NCBI GenBank assembly: GCA_016787165.1
Contig: JAEUTT010000015.1
Span: 1 to 32,786 of the forward strand
DNA: 32,786 nucleotides
Direction: 5' to 3'
Source: Bacteroidia bacterium
Lineage (GTDB): Bacteria > Bacteroidota > Bacteroidia > 2-12-FULL-35-15
In this document: positions 10,072 to 18,458 of the stretch, one piece after another
Layout: each line of letters opens with the position of its first letter
Numbering within the stretch: position 1 is the first letter of the stretch
Notes under the pieces: model-generated
Told to the model about the DNA's origin: nothing
What the model saw: only the letters and a program-made list of their open reading frames with translations
The model's database searches: none
Translations under genes and position numbers: made by a program

Positions 10072-10073
10072 AC

Positions 10074-10748
10074 ATGAACATTTCATACACCAATATTCAT
10101 TCTCATTTTCTCATTGAAAATGATGCTATAGGAATTAAAAATAGCTCGACAAATTTTTCTGACTTTACCACAGCTAAATATTGTTCTATAGGAATACATC
10201 CTTGGTACATAAAAGAAAAAATAGTGGAGCAGGAGCTTTTTTATATACAACAAAATTCAATCGCTAATAATGTATTGGCAATAGGTGAATGTGGCTTGGA
10301 TAAACTTTCGGAAGTTGACTTTCAATTGCAAAAAAATACGTTTATTGCTCAGTTAAAAATATCCGAACAGGTAAAAAAGCCAGTAATTATACATTGTGTA
10401 AAAGCATTTGATGAATTAATTAAAATTAAAAAAGAGTTAAATTTAACTGTTCCACTGATTGTTCATGGGTACAATAATAACAAGCAAATAGCTGAACAAC
10501 TCATTAAAAATGGCTTTTATATTTCCTTTGGAAAAGCTTTGTTAAAGCCTAATTCAAATGCAGTAAAGGTAATTTCAAAAATTCCGATGGATAAATTATT
10601 CTTAGAAACAGATGATGAGGATGTTTCAATTAAATGTATTTTTGAAGTAGCATCAGCACTATTGATAGTGAATAAAGATGAATTAAAAGAAAAAATATTT
10701 AGCAATTTTATAAAAACATTTAATATTAATTTGTCATTTCGACCATAG
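10074..10748 (+). CDS. tatD: TatD family metal-dependent hydrolase/DNase
   Basis: NIHSH, GIHPW, AIGECGLD, PVIIHCVKA, IVHG, FLETDD. Confidence 0.9.
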   Translation: MNISYTNIHSHFLIENDAIGIKNSSTNFSDFTTAKYCSIGIHPWYIKEKIVEQELFYIQQNSIANNVLAIGECGLDKLSEVDFQLQKNTFIAQLKISEQVKKPVIIHCVKAFDELIKIKKELNLTVPLIVHGYNNNKQIAEQLIKNGFYISFGKALLKPNSNAVKVISKIPMDKLFLETDDEDVSIKCIFEVASALLIVNKDELKEKIFSNFIKTFNINLSFRP

Positions 10749-10830
10749 GGAGAAATCGTTTCAAGAAGAGCAGATTTCTTTCTACTCTACGTTTCGCCTG
10801 CCTGCTGGTAGGCAGGTTCGAAATGACAAA
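10730..10830. repeat. 101-bp REP/MITE-like palindromic element with nested 20-bp palindrome
   Basis: Perfect 13-bp terminal inverted repeats TTTGTCATTTCGA (10730-10742) and TCGAAATGACAAA (10818-10830). Inner pair AGAAATC (10751-10757) and GATTTCT (10773-10779). Nested CCTGCCTGCTGGTAGGCAGG (10797-10816). Confidence 0.8.
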
Positions 10831-10844
10831 AAAACAAAAGGAAT

Positions 10845-11567
10845 ATGAGTGATTTAAAGTGGCTTTCGCGAACAGAATTATTGATTGGAAAAGAAAAATT
10901 AATGAAGCTTCAACGAGCTCATGTGTTGGTAGTGGGAATGGGTGGTGTAGGTTCATTTGCAGCCGAATTTATTTGTAGAAGTGGAATAGGTGAGATGACG
11001 ATTGTTGATGGCGATGTGGTGGATCCAAGCAACAGAAATCGTCAGTTGCCTGCATTGTCTACAACACACGGTTTATCAAAAGCTGATATTATGGCAGAGC
11101 GTTTATTGGCCATTAATCCCGAACTTAAATTGCATGTGATAAAAGAGTTTATTACCCCAGAAAGAGCAGTGCAAATTCTTTCCAATAAATACGATTATGT
11201 GATAGATGCTATTGATAGCATTACTCCTAAAGTTACATTTATAAAAACTGCTTTTGAACACCAAGTTCGTATTGTGAGTTCGATGGGCGCAGGAGCAAAG
11301 TTGGATCCTACAAAATTACAGGTTGTAGATATTTCAAAAACATATAATTGTCCGTTTGCACAATATGTAAGAAAACGATTGAAAGAATTTGGAATTAAAA
11401 AAGGAATTAAAACCGTTTTCTCTCCTGAAGAACCAATTAAGGAATCATTAATGCTTACCGATGGGAGCAACTTTAAAAAATCAGCATACGGCACCATTTC
11501 ATACTTGCCTGCTACTTTTGGTAGCGTCTGTGCATCAGTAGTAATCAGAGATTTAATGGAAGGATAA
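10845..11567 (+). CDS. tcdA: tRNA threonylcarbamoyladenosine dehydratase (ThiF/E1-like TcdA)
   Basis: SRTELLIG, VVGMGGVGS, DGDVVDPSNRNRQ, DAIDS, SSMGAGAKLDP, CPFA, GTISYLPATFG. Confidence 0.88.
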   Translation: MSDLKWLSRTELLIGKEKLMKLQRAHVLVVGMGGVGSFAAEFICRSGIGEMTIVDGDVVDPSNRNRQLPALSTTHGLSKADIMAERLLAINPELKLHVIKEFITPERAVQILSNKYDYVIDAIDSITPKVTFIKTAFEHQVRIVSSMGAGAKLDPTKLQVVDISKTYNCPFAQYVRKRLKEFGIKKGIKTVFSPEEPIKESLMLTDGSNFKKSAYGTISYLPATFGSVCASVVIRDLMEG

Positions 11568-12073
11568 TGAATATTAAACTTGAAACCGAACGACTTTATT
11601 TGCGTGAATTTTCAATTGAAGATGTTCAGTTATTGATTGACTTGAATGCAGATGAGGAGGTAACACGTTACACCGGTGATGGACCAGTAAAGGATCTGGA
11701 AGAAGCGAAGCGAATTTTAACTGATATTATTTTCCCTCAATACAAAAACAATATTGGTCGTTGGGCGGTACACTTAAAATCGAGTAATGAATTTATTGGC
11801 TGGTGTGGATTAAAAGATATCCAAGAAGATAATGAAGTGGATTTGGGTTATCGCTTTTTCAAAAAGCATTGGGGAAAAGGTTATGCAACTGAATCGGCAA
11901 AAGCTGTTTTGGAATATGGAGTAAATAAATTAAAACTGAAAAACATTATTGCACGAGCAGCTAAAGAAAATACTGCATCTATTCATGTAATAAAAAAGCT
12001 GGGGATGACTTATTTAAAGGATGATATATGTGCACATGACCCTGCCGAGGTGTATGTGTATTTGACAAAATAA
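11567..12073 (+). CDS. GNAT N-acetyltransferase, RimJ/RimL type
   Basis: LETERLYLR, FIGWCGL, DLGYRF, WGKGYATE, NTASIHVIKKLGM. TAATG overlap with tcdA. Confidence 0.9.
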   Translation: MNIKLETERLYLREFSIEDVQLLIDLNADEEVTRYTGDGPVKDLEEAKRILTDIIFPQYKNNIGRWAVHLKSSNEFIGWCGLKDIQEDNEVDLGYRFFKKHWGKGYATESAKAVLEYGVNKLKLKNIIARAAKENTASIHVIKKLGMTYLKDDICAHDPAEVYVYLTK

Positions 12074-12076
12074 ACA

Positions 12077-12424
12077 CTAAATTATTTCAAGTACTTTTTC
12101 GGGAGGTCGACCAACAACCGCTTTTTTGCCATTTACTATAATTGGTCGCTCAATTAAAATAGGATTTTCAGCTAAAATTTTAATCCATTCTTTTTCGCTG
12201 ATAGTTTTGCCTTTGTATTTAGTTTTGTATAAATCTTCTCCTTTTCTAACAATGTCTTCTGCTTTTACTTTAAGCAGTTGAAGTAGTTCTTGAATTTCTT
12301 TTTGAGAAGGAGGTGTTTTTAAATATTCAATTATGTCGGCTTTAATCCCCTTTTCAGCTACAATGCTACAAACTTCTCTGCTTTTTGAGCAACGTACATT
12401 GTGATAAATTTTAACTGTTACCAT
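12077..12424 (-). CDS. arsC: Glutaredoxin-type arsenate reductase family protein (ArsC/YfgD-like)
   Basis: [10 protein letters not shown] (Hx3Cx3R), LIERPII, GRPPE. Start overlaps the prfB 3' end by 14 nt. Confidence 0.85.
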   Translation of the reverse strand: MVTVKIYHNVRCSKSREVCSIVAEKGIKADIIEYLKTPPSQKEIQELLQLLKVKAEDIVRKGEDLYKTKYKGKTISEKEWIKILAENPILIERPIIVNGKKAVVGRPPEKVLEII

Positions 12425-13500
12425 ATTCCATTAAATAAGATTTTATAAAGTCGTTTAATTCTCCATCCATTACTGCTTGTACATTTGATGTTTCATAATC
12501 GGTACGCAAATCTTTTACTAACTTATAAGGATGAAAAACATAATTTCTGATTTGTGAACCCCACTCAATTTTCTTTTTATTCCCTTCAATAGCAGCAATT
12601 GATTCACGTTTTTTACGCATTTCAATTTCAAACAATTGCGATTTCAAAAGTTTGATTGCATTTTCTTTGTTTTGTAATTGAGATCGGGATTCTTGATTTT
12701 TAATAATAATTCCGGATGGTTTATGATACAAACGAACAGCTGTTTCCACTTTATTTACATTTTGTCCACCGGCACCTCCGGCTCTAAATGTTTCAAATTC
12801 AATATCTGCAGGGTTTACATCTACTTCAATAGTATCATCAATTAAAGGGTAAACATATACAGAAGCAAATGAAGTATGGCGTTTGGCATTAGCATCAAAT
12901 GGGGAAATACGAACTAGTCGATGAACCCCATTTTCTCCTTTTAGGTAGCCGAAAGCAAATTCGCCTTCAATTTCCATGGTAACAGATTTAATTCCTGCTA
13001 CATCGCCTTCTTGGTAATCTACTTCTTTTGTTTTATACCCATTTTTTTCGGCATACATTTTATACATTCTCATAAGCATAGCAGCCCAATCACAACTTTC
13101 GGTTCCTCCTGCTCCCGCATTTATCTGAACAACAGCATTTAAAACATCCTCTGGTCCGCTGAGCATATTTTTAAATTCAGTTTCTTCTAAAAGTTTAAGT
13201 GTTGTTTGGTATTGAGCTTCTACTTCTTGTTCGTTGGCTTCGCCTTGCTTAAAAAAATCATACAAAAGCTCCAAGTCATCCATGTTAATCTTGGTTTGAG
13301 TATAGGATGCAGTCCAATTTTTTTTGATTTTAGTTTGTTTTAGTAACTCTTCTGCTTTTTTTGGGTCGTTCCAAAAGTTGGGTGCAAGAGCTTTTTCTTC
13401 TTCCTCTGCTATTTCACGTAATTTACGATCGATGTCAAAGATGCCCCCTCAGCGCTTCCGTGCGCTCTTTCAAGTCTTTAAGTTGGTCGCTTGTAATCAT
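12411..13500 (-). CDS. prfB: Peptide chain release factor 2, two frames joined by a programmed +1 frameshift (362 aa)
   Basis: ATG at 13500 opens [21 protein letters not shown] (21 codons), ending CTT TGA C. The +1 frame from GAC (13436) reads DIDRKL...FWNDPKKA... into the listed ORF, which has SPF (RF2 stop-recognition motif) and GGQ. Confidence 0.96.
13434..13449 (-). other. prfB +1 frameshift cassette AGGGGG-CAT-CTT-TGA-C
   Basis: Minus strand: AGGGGG 13449-13444, CTT 13440-13438, TGA 13437-13435, C 13434. Canonical RF2 autoregulatory site with 3-nt spacer. Confidence 0.95.
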
Positions 13501-13504
13501 AGTG

Positions 13505-13567
13505 CGAAAGTACTAATTATTACAATCCATCTGTAAAATAACTTGTAATTTTGTTTTATTAATTTTG
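13505..13567. promoter_or_regulatory. Divergent promoters for prfB (-) and copZ (+)
   Basis: Minus-strand TACTTTCG (13512-13505, one mismatch to TAnnTTTG). Plus-strand TAATTTTG twice (13546-13553 and 13560-13567). Confidence 0.55.
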
Positions 13568-13573
13568 ATATAA

Positions 13574-13783
13574 ATGAAAACGGAACAAATTAAAATAGAG
13601 GGCATGACATGTGGTCATTGCCAAAAATCGGTAACCAAAATAATAGAAACTGTTTTGGGTATAATTTCATGTGAAGTGTCATTAGAAAAAGGAATAGCGA
13701 TTGTTACATTTGATGAAAAAAAAACGACCAAAGAAGAAATTATAAAGTCGGTAAATGATTCTGAAATTTATAAGGCAAGTTAA
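13574..13783 (+). CDS. copZ: Heavy-metal-associated (HMA) domain protein, CopZ-like metallochaperone
   Basis: 69 aa with IEGMTCGHC (MxCxxC) and no signal peptide. Confidence 0.85.
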   Translation: MKTEQIKIEGMTCGHCQKSVTKIIETVLGIISCEVSLEKGIAIVTFDEKKTTKEEIIKSVNDSEIYKAS

Positions 13784-13785
13784 TC

Positions 13786-15198
13786 ATGAAACAGTATAAA
13801 CTATATGTTGGTGGTAATTTTGCTGAAACATCTACTCCATTAGAAGTTATCAATCCGTATACTCAAAAGACTTTTGCAACTACTTTTTTAGCTGGAGAAA
13901 AAGAGTTAGAATATGCAATAGAAAAGGCTATAGCGTTGAGAAGTGAATTGATAAGCATGTCATCCTACGAGCGGTATGAAATATTAATGCAAATTGCGAA
14001 TGAAATAAAAGCAAACAGATCATACCTGGCTGAAGTGTTGTGTGAAGAGTCGGCAAAGCCTATAAAATATGCATTGATAGAAATTGAAAGAGCGGCACAA
14101 ACATTTATTATTGCTGCCGAAGAAACAAAACGTTTGCCTAAAGAATATATTTCACTTGATTGGACCGATGCCGGAAAGGGAAAAGAAGGATTGGTGAAGC
14201 ATTTTCCTGTTGGATTAGTTGCCGGAATAGCTCCTTTTAATTTTCCCTTGAATTTAGCGGTACATAAAATAGCACCTGCTATTGCTACTGGTTGTCCTAT
14301 TATTTTAAAGCCTGCTTCATCCACTCCATTATCTACATTAGAGCTTGCTAAAATTATTGATAAAACAAATTTACCCAAAGGAGCTGTTTCAATACTTCCA
14401 ATGAATCGCATGATTGGTAATAAACTTGTGACAGATGGTCGCTTTAAATTAATTTCATTTACTGGTTCTCCTGAGGTAGGTTGGGAAATGAAAAAAAATG
14501 CTGGAAAGAAAAGAGTTGTGTTAGAATTAGGAGGAAATGCTGCTGTAATTGTTACTCCATCTGCTAATATAGATTTAGCTGTTCAAAAATCTGTTGTAGG
14601 AGGCTTTGCTTATAGCGGACAAGTATGTATTCATGCGCAACGATTTTATGTACATGAAAGTGTTTTTGAAATGTTTTGCACTGTTTTTATGGATGCCACA
14701 AAAAAATTAAAATTTGGAAATCCATTAGAAGGCTCAACCGATATTTCTTCGATGATAGATGAAGAGAATGCAAAACGTGTGGAGTTATGGATAAAGGAAG
14801 CTGTAGGTAAAGGAGCTAAAGTTTTATTAGGAGGAAAGAGAGATGGAGTTAATGTGGAACCAACAATTATTACAGGTAGTTCAAAAGATATGAAAGTATG
14901 TGCCGAAGAAATTTTTGGACCAGTAGTAGTACTCGAAAAATATGAAAAAATAGAAGAAGCAGTTGAATTTGTAAACGATTCAAAATTTGGTTTGCAAGCA
15001 GGAATTTTTTCTGATGTGCTTTCGGAAATTGATTTTGTATTTAGTCGATTAGAGGTAGGTGGGATAATTGTAAATGACGTTCCTACATTTCGTGTTGATC
15101 ACATGCCATATGGAGGAGTAAAAGATAGTGGTTTAGGAAGAGAAGGTGTAAAATATGCGATGTTGGATATGCTTGAACCAAAAATTTTAGTGAAGTAA
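13786..15198 (+). CDS. Aldehyde dehydrogenase family protein
   Basis: IAPFNFP, LKPAS, FTGS, LELGGNA (catalytic Glu), GQVCIH (catalytic Cys), EEIFGP, PYGGVKDSGLGREG. Confidence 0.93.
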   Translation: MKQYKLYVGGNFAETSTPLEVINPYTQKTFATTFLAGEKELEYAIEKAIALRSELISMSSYERYEILMQIANEIKANRSYLAEVLCEESAKPIKYALIEIERAAQTFIIAAEETKRLPKEYISLDWTDAGKGKEGLVKHFPVGLVAGIAPFNFPLNLAVHKIAPAIATGCPIILKPASSTPLSTLELAKIIDKTNLPKGAVSILPMNRMIGNKLVTDGRFKLISFTGSPEVGWEMKKNAGKKRVVLELGGNAAVIVTPSANIDLAVQKSVVGGFAYSGQVCIHAQRFYVHESVFEMFCTVFMDATKKLKFGNPLEGSTDISSMIDEENAKRVELWIKEAVGKGAKVLLGGKRDGVNVEPTIITGSSKDMKVCAEEIFGPVVVLEKYEKIEEAVEFVNDSKFGLQAGIFSDVLSEIDFVFSRLEVGGIIVNDVPTFRVDHMPYGGVKDSGLGREGVKYAMLDMLEPKILVK

Positions 15199-16197
15199 TG
15201 GTATATTTTTTTGTACTTCTTGGCTTACCCATTTCGATAATTTTGTAGCTCCTGCTAAATTAAGATGTTCTGTGTCTATCCACAAATTAGAGTTTTTGAA
15301 AATAATTTCTGGAGGAAAAAGAATGGTTCCCATTTTAGCATAAGGCGATTTTTTTATTTCATTTTCAGCATATTTTTCATAAGATGGAATGTATATAAAG
15401 TAGTAAGCAATATTATTTTTCTTTAAAAGTTCAACAATTTTAAGCATACACTTTTCATCCGAAAAATTTGTTTTTATTCCTTCTTGTGCATAAGTAATAG
15501 CTTTTTCTGTTTTAATGGTGTCTTTAAATACTTCCAAAAAGCTGTGTTCTTGGCTATTGTTATTGCTTAAGATTATTTTTTTCTTTTTTTGATAAATGGC
15601 AAAGTCGTTTGGGATTTTGTTCAAATGAAGTTGTTCTGCAATCGGTTGCAAAGCATTTATTTCGAGTTTTGGACCAAATATATATTCATCCCTTAGTTGG
15701 CTCCATCTACTTCTGATACCATCATAGAGATTAGAAAAGTATTTTTCCGAAAAATCGGGAGGGAATAATAAATCAATCGTAGGAGCAATTATTCCATAAT
15801 CTTTATGCAATGCATCATTTTCATTTCTAAGCTCAATGAATACTACTTTGGGTTGTTTGTTTTGTATTAAATCTTTTAAAACTACAATGTCTAAATTTCT
15901 ACCACCACCACAGTAAGCAATATTAGTGACGTTTAACGTTGTGTTTAAATTCGATTGTATACTATCTTCAATCAATTGGTCATTTATCCCACATCCAGTA
16001 TGAGATGTTCCCATAAAAGCAATATCAATGTTGGTTTTGTTTTCAAAAATTCGGTGATAAATCCAAGAAGTATTACAATCTTGATTGTTTTTGTTTAAGT
16101 AGGCAAATGAGCGATTGTATGGTAATATAAAAAGCAATGCAATGATTGCAATAATGGGAAAGGAAAATATTAAAAGACGTGATAAAATTGCTTTCAT
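15187..16197 (-). CDS. Membrane-anchored SGNH/DltD/AlgJ-like acyltransferase partner
   Basis: N-terminal transmembrane helix, DIAFMGTSH (block I-like Ser) and WIDTEHLN (DxxH). Lies 9 nt downstream of the MBOAT gene. Confidence 0.7.
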   Translation of the reverse strand: MKAILSRLLIFSFPIIAIIALLFILPYNRSFAYLNKNNQDCNTSWIYHRIFENKTNIDIAFMGTSHTGCGINDQLIEDSIQSNLNTTLNVTNIAYCGGGRNLDIVVLKDLIQNKQPKVVFIELRNENDALHKDYGIIAPTIDLLFPPDFSEKYFSNLYDGIRSRWSQLRDEYIFGPKLEINALQPIAEQLHLNKIPNDFAIYQKKKKIILSNNNSQEHSFLEVFKDTIKTEKAITYAQEGIKTNFSDEKCMLKIVELLKKNNIAYYFIYIPSYEKYAENEIKKSPYAKMGTILFPPEIIFKNSNLWIDTEHLNLAGATKLSKWVSQEVQKNIPLLH

Positions 16198-16206
16198 ACT
16201 GTTGTT

Positions 16207-17688
16207 TTAAAACTGAAAATAAACGAAACTGCTTGCATCATCTATTTCGCCAACTAAAAATATAATTAAAATAAGAGCATAATAGATTATCCACCTTTTT
16301 TGTTTTGTTTTGTTTTCTAATTCTTTTTCTATTCCTCTTTTTCTCCAGATAAAATCTAAGGAAACAAACAAGATGATGGTAAGTATCACCGTAATAAACT
16401 CTCTAATATCTAAGAATAAATAAAGAATTTCGTTCTTAAAATTTTCGAATGATGATAGTTGATAGCTTAGCTGAATAGGAATGTTTTTAATTGTGGTAAC
16501 CGCATCAGCAAATGTATTTGCTCTAAAAAAGATAAGTGAAAAGGCATAAATTAAAAAAACTTTTACCGAATGAAATACATTAATTGCAGTGTTGTTTTTT
16601 ATTAATTTGTTAATTTTTTTAATTGAGAATATAGAATCTTTTGTAAGCAATTCAATTATTAGAATGATTCCATGAAATACGCCCCAAAAAACAAATTTCC
16701 ACGAAGCGCCATGCCACAAACCGCTAATTAAAAAAACAATAAAAATATTTTTGTATCGGTGAAATTTTCCATTTCTGTTTCCTCCTAAAGGAATGTAGAT
16801 GTAATCTCTAAACCAAGTGTTTAAAGTGATATGCCATCTGGTCCAAAACTCATTCATTGTTTTGGCAAAAAATGGAGTATTAAAATTTTTAGTTAGTTTG
16901 AAGCCTAATAGTTTTCCGCTTCCAATTGCCATGTCTGAATATCCGGAAAAGTCGCAATAAAGCTGAAGTGTAAAAAACAAAGCGGCAAATATGCTAGACA
17001 AGCCAGTGTAGTTATTGGGAGAAGAGTATACTACATCTACATATGTAGCTAACATGTCGGCAACTACTACTTTTTTAAATACTCCCCATAAAATTAAACG
17101 TAATCCTTCTTTTATTTGGCCAGTATTAAATATTCGTTTGTTTTTGAATTGGGTAAGTAAATCGGATGCTTTTTCAATTGGGCCGGCAGCGATTTGAGGA
17201 AAAAATGAAACGAAAACAAAGTAGGTAATAGGATTTTGAATGGCATCTATTTTTTTTCGATAAACATCAATGGTATAACTCAATGATTGAAAAGTATAAA
17301 AGCTGATTCCTATCGGAAGAATAATATCTTTAAATGAATATTGGGTAGGCGAATTAAACTCATTTAAAAAATAGTTCACCGTATCAATTAAAAAATTGAA
17401 ATACTTAAAATAAAAGAGTAAGCCTAAATTAATTGATAGGCTTGTTATAAGCCATAAAATCCTTTTCCAATTAGTTTTTGTTTTGCTGAGAAAGAAAGAG
17501 CTTGTAAAATCAACGGTTGATGTAAGCACAATCAAACCTAAAAAACGAATGTCCCACCAAGCATAAAAAAAATAGCTGGCTGTTAAAAGTAAAACATTTT
17601 GAATGCTTACTTTTTTAGTAGGTACTAGCCAGTATAAAATAAAAATGATGAAAAGAAAGAAAGCATATGCTGTGGAATTAAAAATCAT
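16207..17688 (-). CDS. MBOAT family O-acyltransferase (AlgI/PatA/DltB type)
   Basis: MIFNS start, LPIGISFYTFQ, FFPQIAAGPI, YCDFSGYSDMA, FWTRWHITL, SGLWHGA (catalytic His), C-terminal FVYFQF. Confidence 0.93.
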   Translation of the reverse strand: MIFNSTAYAFFLFIIFILYWLVPTKKVSIQNVLLLTASYFFYAWWDIRFLGLIVLTSTVDFTSSFFLSKTKTNWKRILWLITSLSINLGLLFYFKYFNFLIDTVNYFLNEFNSPTQYSFKDIILPIGISFYTFQSLSYTIDVYRKKIDAIQNPITYFVFVSFFPQIAAGPIEKASDLLTQFKNKRIFNTGQIKEGLRLILWGVFKKVVVADMLATYVDVVYSSPNNYTGLSSIFAALFFTLQLYCDFSGYSDMAIGSGKLLGFKLTKNFNTPFFAKTMNEFWTRWHITLNTWFRDYIYIPLGGNRNGKFHRYKNIFIVFLISGLWHGASWKFVFWGVFHGIILIIELLTKDSIFSIKKINKLIKNNTAINVFHSVKVFLIYAFSLIFFRANTFADAVTTIKNIPIQLSYQLSSFENFKNEILYLFLDIREFITVILTIILFVSLDFIWRKRGIEKELENKTKQKRWIIYYALILIIFLVGEIDDASSFVYFQF

Positions 17689-17734
17689 TATTTTTTTATT
17701 TTTACGACAATATGCTAATATTATGTTGAGCCCA

Positions 17735-17781
17735 AAAATAAAAAATAATTACGGATAAGCATTTGTTATCCGTAATTATTT
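17735..17781 (-). terminator. Intrinsic terminator after the outer-membrane protein pair
   Basis: Perfect 16-bp arms AAATAATTACGGATAA (17743-17758) and TTATCCGTAATTATTT (17766-17781), 7-nt loop, T-rich tail on the minus strand. Confidence 0.7.
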
Positions 17782-17808
17782 AATGGATGGGAAAATACCG
17801 CAATACAA

Positions 17809-18441
17809 CTAAGCTGGCTTCTTTTTATCTTTTATAACAAAAACATTAAAGCCTAAACCAAAGGTAATTCTTAATTCTTCGAGTGAAATAGGGCTAGGAG
17901 CTTTTGAAAGATGTTGTCCGTACATGTATCGTGTTTCCATAAACAGGTGTGCGAAGCGTTGAAAATAATAGTTAAATCCAATACCTGCACTACCAACCGG
18001 ACTTAAAACACCTTCATAGTATTTTTTATTCGATTCTCCATTAGCAATCATTGTTGAAGGTAGCTCAATGTAGGATGAAGTATAGCCAATACCTGGCTGA
18101 AGAATAATATAGGGATCAAAATAACCTTTTGTTTGAATGTGAAATACTGCACCAAGCATTACATTATGATCGTCTTTTAATCCCATGTATTGATCTGTTA
18201 AGCCATCACTTCCCAATAAGATATTGTAATCGCCTCTTATAGAAACTTTATTGTCGATATAGTACTCTAAATTCCCGTTTAGATGTACATTTTTGATGTT
18301 GCTCTTATACATATATCCCGACACAATGGATGCGCTGGCACGAACCAAATGTTTTTTGATAAATTGTTGTGATTCTATCTGTCCGAAAACTGCTAATGAT
18401 GTAACTTGTAACACCATAAAAGCAAAAAGTATTTTTTTCAT
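17809..18441 (-). CDS. Putative outer-membrane beta-barrel protein
   Basis: Signal peptide VFG|Q. Amphipathic strands DPYIILQPGIGY, AGIGFNYYF and ITFGLGFNV. About 200 aa, typical of 8-stranded barrels. Confidence 0.7.
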   Translation of the reverse strand: MKKILFAFMVLQVTSLAVFGQIESQQFIKKHLVRASASIVSGYMYKSNIKNVHLNGNLEYYIDNKVSIRGDYNILLGSDGLTDQYMGLKDDHNVMLGAVFHIQTKGYFDPYIILQPGIGYTSSYIELPSTMIANGESNKKYYEGVLSPVGSAGIGFNYYFQRFAHLFMETRYMYGQHLSKAPSPISLEELRITFGLGFNVFVIKDKKKPA

Positions 18442-18458
18442 AACCGTATTTTTTTAGT

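Noticed and set aside
10726-10956. 76-aa minus-strand ORF across the repeat element as a possible mini-transposase
   Set aside because: It is antisense to tcdA and tatD, has no transposase motif, and is partly a translation of the palindrome.
12411-13500. prfB as a pseudogene, or TGA as selenocysteine/readthrough
   Set aside because: The protein continues in the +1 frame at a canonical CTT TGA C site with an upstream SD.
13324-13536. 70-aa plus-strand ORF
   Set aside because: It is the antisense shadow of the true prfB 5' region, including the frameshift site.
12077-13783. Heavy-metal resistance island (arsC plus copZ)
   Set aside because: There are no efflux pumps, metal regulators or mobility genes, and the two genes flank the core gene prfB.
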